Source: Balanoglossus misakiensis (Eukaryota > Animalia > Hemichordata). From it: a DNA stretch of 64,000 bases. Shown in pieces: positions 41,846-53,600 of this stretch. Location: assembly GCA_040954595.2 (NCBI GenBank), contig CM082579.2:8049625-8113624 (forward strand). The letters run 5' to 3'. Every line of letters begins with the position of its first letter. Position 1 is the stretch's first letter. Both the position numbers and the translations under genes were made by a program. A model generated the notes under the pieces. That model was not told where the DNA came from and searched no databases. It worked only from the letters and a program-made list of their open reading frames with translations.

Positions 41846-44800
41846 CTACGACGCAAACATCTTTGCATACGCAGCTCTCTCTTTCTTCTTTCTTTCATCT
41901 AGTCTGCTTTTCACTCTGGCCATTTCACTTTTGATTCCTGTGGGGAAGAATTGCAAATAGAAATCATTTTATTAACCCCATGCACCCTGACACGCCACCC
42001 CCACAAATCCATGACAAATTTCACGAGTTGGTCAGTTCATTTTTACCTTTATCATTGGGTTCTATTTTCTGTGCCTCTGCTAAAACTTTCAAAGCTTCTT
42101 CAAACTCGCTCATTCCAGACAGGGCTTGTGCCTTCCTGAAATGGGCCTTAACGTTCCGGAGATCAACATCTATTGCCTTCGACAGAAAACAAAACAAATG
42201 CCACCATATAAATCTCAGAGACTACACAGTACCTTATATTCTATGACGTATATGCAAAATTTGGAAATCTTTTATAAGGTATACCATAAGACATCTAAGG
42301 CCAAGACACAGGTTTTGCAGACCTCGGCTGTACGGTCTTTGCACCCCCTCCCCAAGATCAGGTTGCTTCCATGTGCAACCTCAGTCAGGAAAACCCGTAT
42401 CAGCAGGACCACAGAGATTAAACATCAGCTTACCAGCTCAGCGTTATCGAATGCCTGACTGTACTGATTCAACTTCAAATAACAGGCAGCGATGTTGCTG
42501 TAGAGTGGCGACAGGTTTTTCTGCTCTTCCTCTTTGGACAGGGCTTTGGATCCTGTTTCTTCCAGTTCCTCAAGAAACCTGCCAAGGAATTAAGCCACTC
42601 AGAAACTGCATCTAACCATTTTTTGCACATTACTATTTTAAATGCCAGAGGAAAAATATTCTTTTTTTTTCCTGTGGTAAAAATCTCCAAACTTGACGAA
42701 ATTTTCACTGGTGATTGACTTATGATGTGTAAAACTTGTCTTGATCGCTCACCTGATTGCTTTTTGGTATTTCTCTATTGCTTTTTTGTAATTCTGTGTT
42801 TTGAATTGTTGATTTCCTATCTGTTTAATACTGTCAGCAGCTTCTAAAATTTTATCCTTCTGTTGACAAGAAAACCATACACATACAGACTGACATTAAC
42901 GATGGCTCTGACACACATGATTTGCCTCATTGAAGTCACAGTCAAATATTGATTTGCATCAATGATGTCATTGACAAACATTGATTTGCATCAATGATGT
43001 CATTGACAAAACATGGACTGGCATTATTGATGTCACTTGACAAATACTGACACACTGACAAACACCAACTTACATCATTGATGTCTAGACCACAGTCTTC
43101 AGGATAATCAGCATAGGTATCACCAGTACCGTCATCCACTACCATACCGTCATCTTCATCAGCTCCTAACTCGCCGCAGTCACTGATCAAACATGGCTGT
43201 CAGAAAAGAACTAACATTTATGAACAAGAAGTACAAACAATACCACTGCATATAACAATGATGCAAAGTGATACAAACAAGAAGAAAACGCATTGCTAAA
43301 AAATAAAGTTCACAATACAAGATGCTAAAACTGTCTGTGTGCAATATCATAAGTTTTCGTTGGGAATTCCTCTAAGGTGACATGTCTTATACACCTGTGT
43401 AGATGAAACATCCTTGTAACAAAATATAATTTCCAATGTCTTATTGATTTATGTCTGAAACACCAGAAAAGCTTTGAGCACCTTCGTGGGTTTATCCTCC
43501 TCTGTGTCTGTGTTTTCTAGTCTACGGACCACACCCATTCCTTTCAGGACTTTGCCGAACACAACGTGCTTGCCATCCAGGTGGGGGCACGGAACAGTGG
43601 TGATGAAGAACTGGGATCCGTTGGTGTTTGCGCCGGCATTTGCCATGCTCAGGAGACCAGGAATATCATGCTGGAATGAAACATCAGAACATCAACCACA
43701 AGAACAAAGTAAGACCTTCAGTATAATCGTTTACCCTTTCACGACCATGGTTTGGTCCAAATCCATTGCCTACGAGTTAATCTTTTTCTGAGAAAAAACT
43801 ACAACTTTCTATGCCAATAATTGACTCCACTATGATGCACTAGACTTACCTTACGTTCAAAGTTTTCATCATCAAACTTTTCACCGTAGATACTTTCACC
43901 ACCTGTGCCATCGTGATTTGTGAAATCCCCTCCTTGGATCATAAAATCGCGAATAACTACAAACCAAATAATAAAATTTGGATATTAGTATATTTTGTTG
44001 TTGGTCAAAGCATTTTCATTCTGACTTTAACCTAACTTATTTTATCGCTTTTGTTCAGGGGATGGGGAGGGGGGGGGGGGTCGAGGCCAACAGCAATTAT
44101 TTGCATTTACCGTTACGCATGTTTTAAATGTTTTAATTATCCACGGGCCCTAAGTAGCACGAAAATCTTTTTCAGGTAATGAGATTGGAGTAGTTTTCAT
44201 TATGCAAATTAGGTTCATCCTTGGTGCCTTGATCACCCCCTAACTTAAAACAAAAAAATCTCTGGCAATCCTATATGGTGGCAATGGAAAATTTCAGAAC
44301 TGATGAATATACGAGAGTCAACTTACTCCTGTGGAAGGAACATCCCTTGAAGTGTAATGGATGGCCTTGAGTACCGACACCTTTCTCTCCGGTACACAGG
44401 GCTCGGAAATTCTCAGCAGTCTTCGGTGTGACATCGGCAAACAACTGAAACACAATCCTTCCAACTGTAATTGACAAAAAACACAGAATTTGTTAACATT
44501 TATCTCTGTCCGACTGATACTCTCTGTGATGGGCAGAACACTTTATAAGTGGCATGAATTAGTAGCCAATATTGGCAAACTCATGACCCCTACACAAAAC
44601 CAGCAATGTGCGTCTCCATCATTCTAGATAATTCTCCCTAACAACGCTTCAATCAAAGCCAGGTAGGTCTATTACTGTGCATGTGCACATGCCAAGCTGA
44701 CAACGTACGGTTACCCTTTACCTGCATCTGAGATAGTAAAAGTATCAACGTTTTCAAAAGCTGGCCACTTAATTTTATAAAACAAGCGACGCGTTCTGTC

Positions 44801-44865
44801 TCACCTTTCTCATCACCAATGATTACATCGAAGAAGGTTCTAGGGTTTTGCTGTTCTTCCGCCAT
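41846..44865 (-). CDS. PPID: Peptidyl-prolyl cis-trans isomerase D (cyclophilin-40; cyclophilin domain plus TPR repeats), 9 exons, 363 aa
   Basis: Exons 44805-44865, 44327-44464, 43850-43956, 43482-43670, 43074-43196, 42753-42859, 42434-42578, 42047-42176, 41846-41937; 1092 nt, frame continuous, GT-AG. Motifs: [59 protein letters not shown] (His at the position typical of Cyp40), TPR helices ([21 protein letters not shown]), C-terminus [11 protein letters not shown]. Confidence 0.96.
42948..43011. repeat. 32-bp tandem duplication in PPID intron 5
   Basis: ATTGATTTGCATCAATGATGTCATTGACAAA(C/A) twice, followed by a degenerate third unit. Confidence 0.9.
43734..43768. mobile_element. Truncated copy of the same MITE in PPID intron 3
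   Basis: CCCTTTCACGACCATGGTTTGGTCCAAATCCATTG resembles the left half of the element. Confidence 0.55.
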
Positions 44866-45242
44866 GTTCTCAGCGAACACATGCACATGAATGCACGTCG
44901 TGACCTCTGACCCAATACAGCGCCACCTAGAAATCACATAATTCGTGTCTTTTGTTTTTGTTGTCAGCTGAAACGTTTGACTTCTTCACTGAAAAGAATG
45001 TGTCGCTAACTAAAACAAAAGTGTTGACGTACGTTAACGAAACCGTAAACTGGGAAAGTTTATTTATATATATCATTAAGATTCCAAGATAAGGAATTAT
45101 CCCTTTTTAACCACTTTCAAAGAAGATGTTCTTAGATTTTAGAAAAAGGGACTGAAAAATTACTGTTTATAAAACACAAAAAAATATTGATGCCTCCTGA
45201 GGCCTGTCCTCTTTAAAATTCATACTGCTATCTTATCTGTAT

Positions 45243-46234
45243 CAGTCAGGACGTAAGTGGGGTAATTAAGGCGGTGAGATCAAAGAGATCTATTTGAATG
45301 TGAACGTCGCTGAGTGGCAGTTACGGCCAGTTGGAAAAATTTTCAAACGGAGATTTTCGGTACTACAAGTGATCGTAGTGCATCCATTTTTCTAAGACGT
45401 GTATGAAACACCATAGTCAATGATAGGATGATTTTTCGTGAAGTTTTAACGACGCGTTCCCGAGATAGACAGTTTCGGTATGTTGGTTTAAATAGTGGTC
45501 CTTGACTCTCGGCAAAGATTTCTTGTCTTGAAAAAAATTGGGTAGGTTAGGAAGATATTGAACTAAGTTACCGTGAAATTATAATAGTGTGAGCTGCTCC
45601 GTTGTGGAGTAATGACGGTGTAAAAATTGCCTTCGCCATCGACGAGTACAGCCGTGTTTGCCATATGTGTATGCATTGAAGTAGGTCAACGCATGTTAAC
45701 CCATGACGTAATGGCTTCCTTTTCAAAGCATCGTTATCTCTCATTAGCATATTACATACGGAGTCTATACACTATTCACGCTGACTGACTTCTCAGGACT
45801 GACCTATGGCACTGTAAATTGTGGTCCTTGACTCTCGGCATGGATATATTCATGTCAAAATTATGAATAGAGGAGTTTAATAATGTTTCTAAAACCTGAG
45901 GGGGTTAATTTTTGTGTGGGTATGGCTGATATTTTTTTTTTGATTTTTTAACTTCAAGGTCACTTTGAATTTCGTGATCACAATTTTGTCAGAGGAAGTA
46001 AAGAAATTCTTCTCGATAAAACTTCATGAAAAATCACATGTAGTACACTCATAGTACCAGTAATGTGCCTGGGGTGAAATAATTGTCAGAAATGGGTTGC
46101 AAGTTGCTTAACTTTCGTTGTGAAAAAAGTTGAAAAACTGTATGCAAATGAGCAATTCAAACGTTACTGGCCAGTTTAAGTGTTTGCATTGCATGATCCC
46201 CTGCGGTTTAATTACCCCACTTACGTCCTGACTG
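45243..46234. mobile_element. Non-autonomous DNA transposon, 992 bp, perfect 27-bp TIRs, apparent 3-bp TSD (TAT)
   Basis: CAGTCAGGACGTAAGTGGGGTAATTAA at 45243-45269 and its exact reverse complement at 46208-46234; TAT on both flanks; internal 20-bp direct repeat GTGGTCCTTGACTCTCGGCA (45495, 45821); no transposase ORF. Confidence 0.88.
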
Positions 46235-47618
46235 TATCACAAGAGAGATCTTCAGTACAGCTTTTTTGCGTACCATTTGAGTGGGCATGCAATCTCACGA
46301 TGTCAAGAAATACCGGCGAGGGCGCACTGTCAGATCAGCTAGTCAGGTCTCGAGTCAGGTCTGGTACAGGTGAACGAGCGAGATTCATCTTTATTTAACT
46401 GCAATGAAAATAGATTATTGCACGCATTCAGGAACCTTCCGTTTCCGCACCAATAAACCACAATTGCCAAATCGCGTGACAATCATTTATTTGCATCGGT
46501 AATTAGTTTTGTGATGGAGACACGGGTGTCCTATTATTCGATGGTACGTCCATGGTTATTACTGCGTGCCAAAGACTTTAATTTCACACGAGCTCAAAAT
46601 AAGCTGTTACAAAAAGCCATGCATATAGGAAAGCGGCCACTATTTCAACGGAACATTGGAGGGGGACCGCAGGCATTGGAATCACTGTTGCGGAAGCAGG
46701 TAGATGCAAACGGTAAATAACACGATAAAGAAGGCGAGAAACCCCGGAAGCCATGCCACGCACGATAGGCAATAAATGTACTTCAACCGACGGTTTCGCC
46801 CTCGTAAATCACAAGAGTGTAACTCACTTATTATTCGGGTCGATCAATGCCCAGATCGTTGAACTTCATGACTACTCACAGCAGTCACCAGCGCTTGTGG
46901 GGGTTGCCATATACATCATACATAACCGTGTATCGTTTTTGACTGAGAAGGCATATTTAATCTAATCACGGAGTATACAAAGTGGTGCAATCGCTTAAAG
47001 GCGCACCTTCCCAAATTATCAAGTTTACCTAAAAGTAAAATCTGTGTATTAATTTGATAAAGAGTTCAATGAAAAACAAAAGCTTTCCGTCACATACCAA
47101 TGTCAACAATGACTTGAAAGCGAGAAATAGGGATTGAAAATTTTAAAGACTAACCTGCGTTCAGCAACATTTACGTCATTCTATATCAAACGGCATTGTA
47201 TTTACCATGAGATAAATAAGCAAGCCCAAAACTACCTGTTATCTATCTATTTACTCTTGAAAACAATTTTGGTACAATATCTGCACACTAAATCGCACAT
47301 GAGCGACTGTACCTTGGTCTTAAAGGCCCGTATTTGTTGACATGGGCATTTCTATAGCTATAAATAATGGGCATTTTTGTCTGTACACGGTATTGATTAT
47401 TCATTGGGAAACAAAGCCTAACATCTGCCTCTTTAATCTGTGGGCAAGTCCTTGTCCACTCATCTCAAATGCACTTTTCAGCAGCAACGTTAAAGTTGAT
47501 ATATATACTCCAGTTGATTAACACACACACAGTAACACGACGAGTCTTTCAACGTGTGGTCGAGCCAACGACCCGTGCCAGCGGACGATGACCGGCCGGA
47601 CTTATGCCCCGGTCGCGC

Positions 47619-50600
47619 TCAAACGTGCACGGTCGCGTCGGTTGTGTTCTCATCCTGATCGACGTCGACTGTCATGACCCTGTCGATGTTCTCAAAACTG
47701 GTGAAGTACGACGCGTCGGAGATCGACGACTCCTCGTCGTCGTAGTCCGCCGTCGCGTAGGTGACCGGCACGAAGGGCGGGTACTGCCTCTGCTCGTAGC
47801 GCGGGAAATTCCAGTGGCGATACTCCGGGTACTCCCGGTGCTTCTCCAGGATCTCCAGCCCCTGCCGTTTGTACTCCTCTTCCGGCACGGCCTGTTTCTT
47901 GCCGCTCATGTCCATGACGATGACGTACTTCTCCTCTTTGGTCTTGGCCGCCATTGCGCGGCTGTAGTTCTTGATCTTTTGTCGTTTCTTCTTCTTCCGA
48001 TTGGGAGTGTCGTGGATGTGTGCGTAGTTGGCCGTGAGCACAGGTAGCGTGTGAAACTGTTCCGGGAAAACAGAACAGCCAAGTTTGAAGATACGCCCCA
48101 TGTGCAATGCTGTTGAATCGCTTTAATATACGACGCACTTATTGGCTATTTAAGATTTAAAAAACACATTTTAATTTTTAAGATACAACAGACTACCTAC
48201 CAAGCCAACTACGATAATCATGGCCGCTCCACACGCAATCGCAAAACCAAGCCACAGCCCGGTTCCCTGTACATCAAAAAGAAATACACATTTGTTCTAT
48301 GAGCCGAAAATACATTATATATCGACCACGTTGTCATTATATCGCGGTTTGCAAAAAAACGGCTATATTTTTCAGTGTCCACGCCAAACTTACGGATATT
48401 TCGACAGTACACCGTCAGAGCACAGGGACGGGAACAGAAATGCCACCAATACTCTGCTGCCAACAAGACTTGATATTTTCGTATTTCGTTTGTCAGCCTC
48501 TCTTAGCCACGATTGCGTAATTGCCCGGCATCGTGTATTAAAGTGTCTCGGTTTCTGCTATTTTTGCGGTCACGACAACCCGAAATCAAATTGAATGCAA
48601 GGAGGCAGGAATCCTTAAAAGTTCTCGAAGCATTTCCGACAAACCTGCAGGCGTGCATTGGCCTTTGAAAGTAATTTAGTCCTCGAAACCGTGACGTCAC
48701 GATAAGACAGATAAGTGCCCAAAACCACGATTTGTAGTGGAAAACGATGGCTATGCTATCAGAGTGTTTCTCATGAAGTATATGTATGAGGGATGCCATT
48801 GTAAAACGTTACCAACAATGCAGATAGATATTAAATCATTGTACAAAAAACGACATTCTTGAGACTTCCACTGTAACAAGTATAATAATAACACGTCTTA
48901 AGCTTTAATATGCATGTAGCATTACCTGGAACGCTTATATAGATTGGAAAATACAGTCATTGCAGACATGACACTTTTACTAAACTGAATTTTCTTTGCT
49001 AATCATGTCTGAGATACGGGCATACACAAAAGACGTGCCCCAGTCTTAACACACACCGACAGCGATTTCCATCTCGATAAGATTATGTCACCACGGAGAC
49101 ACACACACAAGAGTTTAATCGAGGGTACACCGTCCTACTTGCAACGGACGCGATTTAAATTGGCCCAACTTCATCGCAAGATCCTCGCATTATGGATTTA
49201 CCGACAAATGAAGCTTATCTCTCGCCGTTACAGCTCACTTCTCTGAGTGCTCGCCCCCAATCAAGCAGACAGCGCTCCAGACACGTACGTCGATTGAGAT
49301 ATCTGCAGCATTCATGATCAGTCTTCGAGGGAAATTCCCATACCTCTACATTCACATGAGCAATCGTTGTTTTGTGCAACAGATCGTGTTTGGTGATAGG
49401 ATGAAACGCTGGGGAAAAAGAATCGCGTGTTTTCAAGTCGTCGTGTCGAGGTACAAGCGCGGAATTACTTAACCACTGAAGCTATATTTCGCGAAACACA
49501 CACTGCTACGATGATGTTAGAGAGGGGAGGGAGGGAGAGATAGAGACAGAGAGTACTCACATGTTTGCAAATCTTGTAAAGTTCATCGGCACATATCAGT
49601 GTGACGTTTGCAGGAACCTTTTCATCTCTGAATTTCAAACCTAGTGGGGAAGTAACATTAACAAAGTCACAGCGTGGACTTTATCATGGAATATTCAGAT
49701 GTGCCGTATTGGCAGAAAGAACCACTCTTTTTAAATGGTAAACCGCAGGCATCAGAGAAATACGGGTGTAATCTTGTTTCACATTTTGTTGATATTAGCT
49801 TATAAAACTGAATCACACAATTAAGTTGTTGTTGTTGTTGTTCCTATCATAACTGAGGCTGTAAATAATTGTATTCGAACACAATAATTAGTGTTCTTCC
49901 AATGCAGGGGATAGTACAGCGCTGACTTCCATGCAAGCCGAATATTCACAATGTTTTGTACAATCATTTGACGGAACAGTTTCGCTTGCTGTCTGTCGAT
50001 AACAGCGGACGGTTCCGATTCGATAAATCATGCACCATTTGGTTTTCAAATAAGCTGTCATTTCACTTCGATTCAGGGTCGAGCTCAGGGCATGCACACT
50101 AAATAGCATCGATCCCTAGGAATTTAGCGATTCCGCAAAGACTCGAAGAGTGGAAAATCCACAGAGAGACAGTCGGAGAAATATTGAGCACATGCGCACC
50201 GCTGGACGAAGAAAAGTCAATTCTGTGTGTAAGTGATATGCTGAATAGTAAAGACTTACTGGTGAAACCCAGTTATCGTCAAACCGACGAGTGTCATGCT
50301 CCCAGGTAGAGATAAACCACAGAAGGTTCAGGGACGATGCCTTATTAGAAAGAGATCACAAATACAGCCATGAAATGTGAGTGCGAGGCTAGGACGTAGA
50401 TGTCACAACAGATAGAGAAAGCATATTTTCACGTCACACTATTATAAAAATGAAAAGATGACATATCACATATATGGCCCAAAAATGATAAATGTACAAA
50501 CGCTGAATAGTCTGATTTGTATGGTGCTATTTTTATACGATGACAATGTTATCAACTATCATCAGCGGTAGGGATTGTTAAAGCCTCCATTGCACGGCAC

Positions 50601-53600
50601 ATGTTGATTTGAGCGCAGAATTTCAATGGTTGCATCGCACAATCACTGAAATAGAACAGCAACGCGTGTTGCAGTTGTTGAATACTGCTTTTACGCTGAT
50701 AGTGTGGGAGATAAGTCTCCGTATGGTCTCGTGACCCAATGACGCACTTCGAACTACGAATTCAATTCACGGCAGCTGTCACTCGCTGATAGAAAAAAAG
50801 TTGATATACTATGACGTCACGCTGTTTTAAGTTTCATTAAAGCTTCATAGGCTTTTCAAGTAAAAAAGGAATGTATGTATGTACACTGTATGTATCTATT
50901 GATGTGTGTGTGCATTTTATATGTAAAAACGAAATGATAGACAAATAGTGAATCAAAGACAAAAGAAATAAATGAATCAATTCTTCACTCACACGGAGAG
51001 GTTTTAGAGAAGATGACACCCAGAGAACGTTTAATGAGTAATTTAATTGGTACGATAGAATAATATGGTGTAAAACTTACTTTCTTGTACTTTGTTAGCA
51101 AGATCTTTGACATCGTCGAGTATTCCTGTTGCTGTACCTAGGGCGCTGTCAACGCTCCGTATCCCCATCAATTGCGTCAAGGTATCCATGGCAACCGCCA
51201 TTCCGTAACCCAGGAGTTCATCTGAATAGAAAGGGGGAGGCAATGTAGCGTTAAATGAACCAACCACGCGCATCAAAACTCTCATTTCAATATATGGATT
51301 TTTTCTTGCGAGACATTTTCGCAATGCATTCATTCCATTGAAAACTAACAGAGCAAGAAACGACAATTTCCGTTTCAATGTTATCTCGCCCTGAATGAGT
51401 TTGACACATTACATCATCATTGAGCTATTAATAGGAAACACAATTACATGACTGATTTTCGCAACAAGGGAGATTCGCAAACGAAAGGGCGTGGTCGTGG
51501 GTTTCCATGACAGCAGACGGTCATCTGATCACTGCCAAACATAATCTTTTTATGCACGTGGCCAGTGGACCTTTATTGTTTTCGATGTTTTCAATGAGCC
51601 TTTACGGTAGAGAAAACGCCCGCAAGATGTCATTGGTAATGACACTTTCATTGCGTCTCCAGTAAGTCGTCGTTACCTGTTAACTACTACTTTAATTTTT
51701 TGTTCACAATCCATTCTAACTGAGGAATAACTTACTTAGTTTACTGATGTCCAGACACCGGTTCTGTATTTCCTTGACGATGTCCAGTGCGCATGCCTGG
51801 TCCACGACGAACGTGAAGATGGTGGGAATCATGAGCAGGCTTATGAAGAGGAGCCAGATGAACATGAAGAAATAAGAGGCGACGACCAGCTGTAACGAGA
51901 GAGGAACACATGTCTGGGGTTTAACAACAAACTCTGTCTATATAGTTGTAATTAAACGGGAATACAGGTGTTAAGTCTAACAAGCACCAAAAGGTTTCAG
52001 AATCGAGACAACGCGCAGTCACGTGATCCACACTTACCATACCGACAATGATTCGTCCATACAGTCGGCAGCCATATCTGCCACAGCAGGTGCGGCGCGT
52101 CGGCCCCGTTGCCGCTATACCGATTATCAGCACCCACAGGGCGATGTATCCCATGATTCCCGCTAGAGCCAGCACTCCCATTTTGGCGAACGGCACCCTG
52201 TGTGCAGACGACATGTTTTAAACGCTGGCATCCGGAATTCGGTTTTTCAGAATATCCAAAAGTGTCGTCGTGTGGAAAAAGGGCACTCCCCCCCCCCCAT
52301 TTTAGGGGGACCTAGTACAGGCGTGATGAATGCAGATTTACCCATGTGAAATCGACCGTCTTTACGAGTAGGCCTACAAACGTATCGACAATTTCACCAC
52401 GAAATAATTTTGCGCTTAGTTTATTTAAACTGGTGCTACTATATGTGTTTTACACATGAGCGCTCGCCTTTTTGCCTTGCATGAACATGACACTCGGACG
52501 ATAGGACGATATACCATAGACAACGGTATGCCTCAAAATCTTCAATAAAAATGCATTGGTGAATGAATAACTTACATAGTAGAAATCGACGGTCCAACAA
52601 AGGCAACCAACAAATCCATAACACCGGCGACGGCCTCCAGGAGAAAGTAACCGAACGACGAGGCGCCCAGAGCAAGGAGGAAGAACGCCACCAACGAGTC
52701 GTACGGCACCCTCGACAAACAGACACAGCACCTGTTGTAGCAACACGCGTGCCAGAAACGTCGGCAGCAACGGCAGAGCAGATTATGACATATGAACCTG
52801 CTGACACGGTATTTGTTCTCGCCTACAGTGCGGCAGCAGCTGACCAGCGCCGACCAGATGAAATTGTCACAGAATATACGCTTGTTGCGACGGTGGATGC
52901 GCCCCCAGTGGTCAGAGACCACCTGTTTCGTTGAACTGCCCCACTTGGAGAACACGTTTTCGCTTTGAACATGTTTGGTGTAGGCGTTTTTCACGGACTC
53001 CTTGCCTGAAACACGAAAAAATCCTATTCCATTAGGGGCCCACATTATTCCATTAAAAATGTAAATTTTCGATGTTTCGTTTATGGGTTTGTGAGTGTCT
53101 TGTATAAGCATTTTGTACAACAAGGACAGCGACAACGACAAAACAAGGTACAGTACCTTCTAACTGTCAATTTCCAAATTTAATCTATTTTCTACCCAAT
53201 TAGGTAGACAGCAATATCAGAAACTAAATTAGGAGGGTGATAACGAGTCGAATTAACTCTTCCCAGGGTTCGTTATCCTAATTTGAACTTTGACCTCCAG
53301 TGGCAAGGCGAGCGTCCTAATTTGCATACTCAACAAAGCCATCAAACGTGAAGCCTGCATGGATGCCTGCAAATGGAGTTTACCGGCATTTAGGTAATTG
53401 CGACCACTGAATCGTGGCAATCCATTGTGCTGGCTAAATAAATAACCCGAGTCTTAATTAATATAAAAATACCAAGTGGATAAAGCCGACTCCCTGTCTA
53501 ATTACCGTTATTTTTATAATATTTGAACAGATAAATCAATTTCTTTTAGAGTCTGATGTCCCTGTACACAGCACACTAGCTGTCCTGGATCTTACCTTTC

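Noticed and set aside
47604-48138. 147-aa plus-strand and 148-aa alternative-frame ORFs
   Set aside because: Shadows of the GC-rich terminal exon; only the ANYAHI frame matches the paralogue.
48928-49302. Other AG...GT-bounded segments as the TM4 exon of paralogue A
   Set aside because: They break the frame or contain a stop; 48201-48266 matches paralogue B in size and sequence.
52439-52934. Overlapping 106-123 aa ORFs in other frames and strands
   Set aside because: Shadows of the 430-nt coding exon; no independent splice or homology support.
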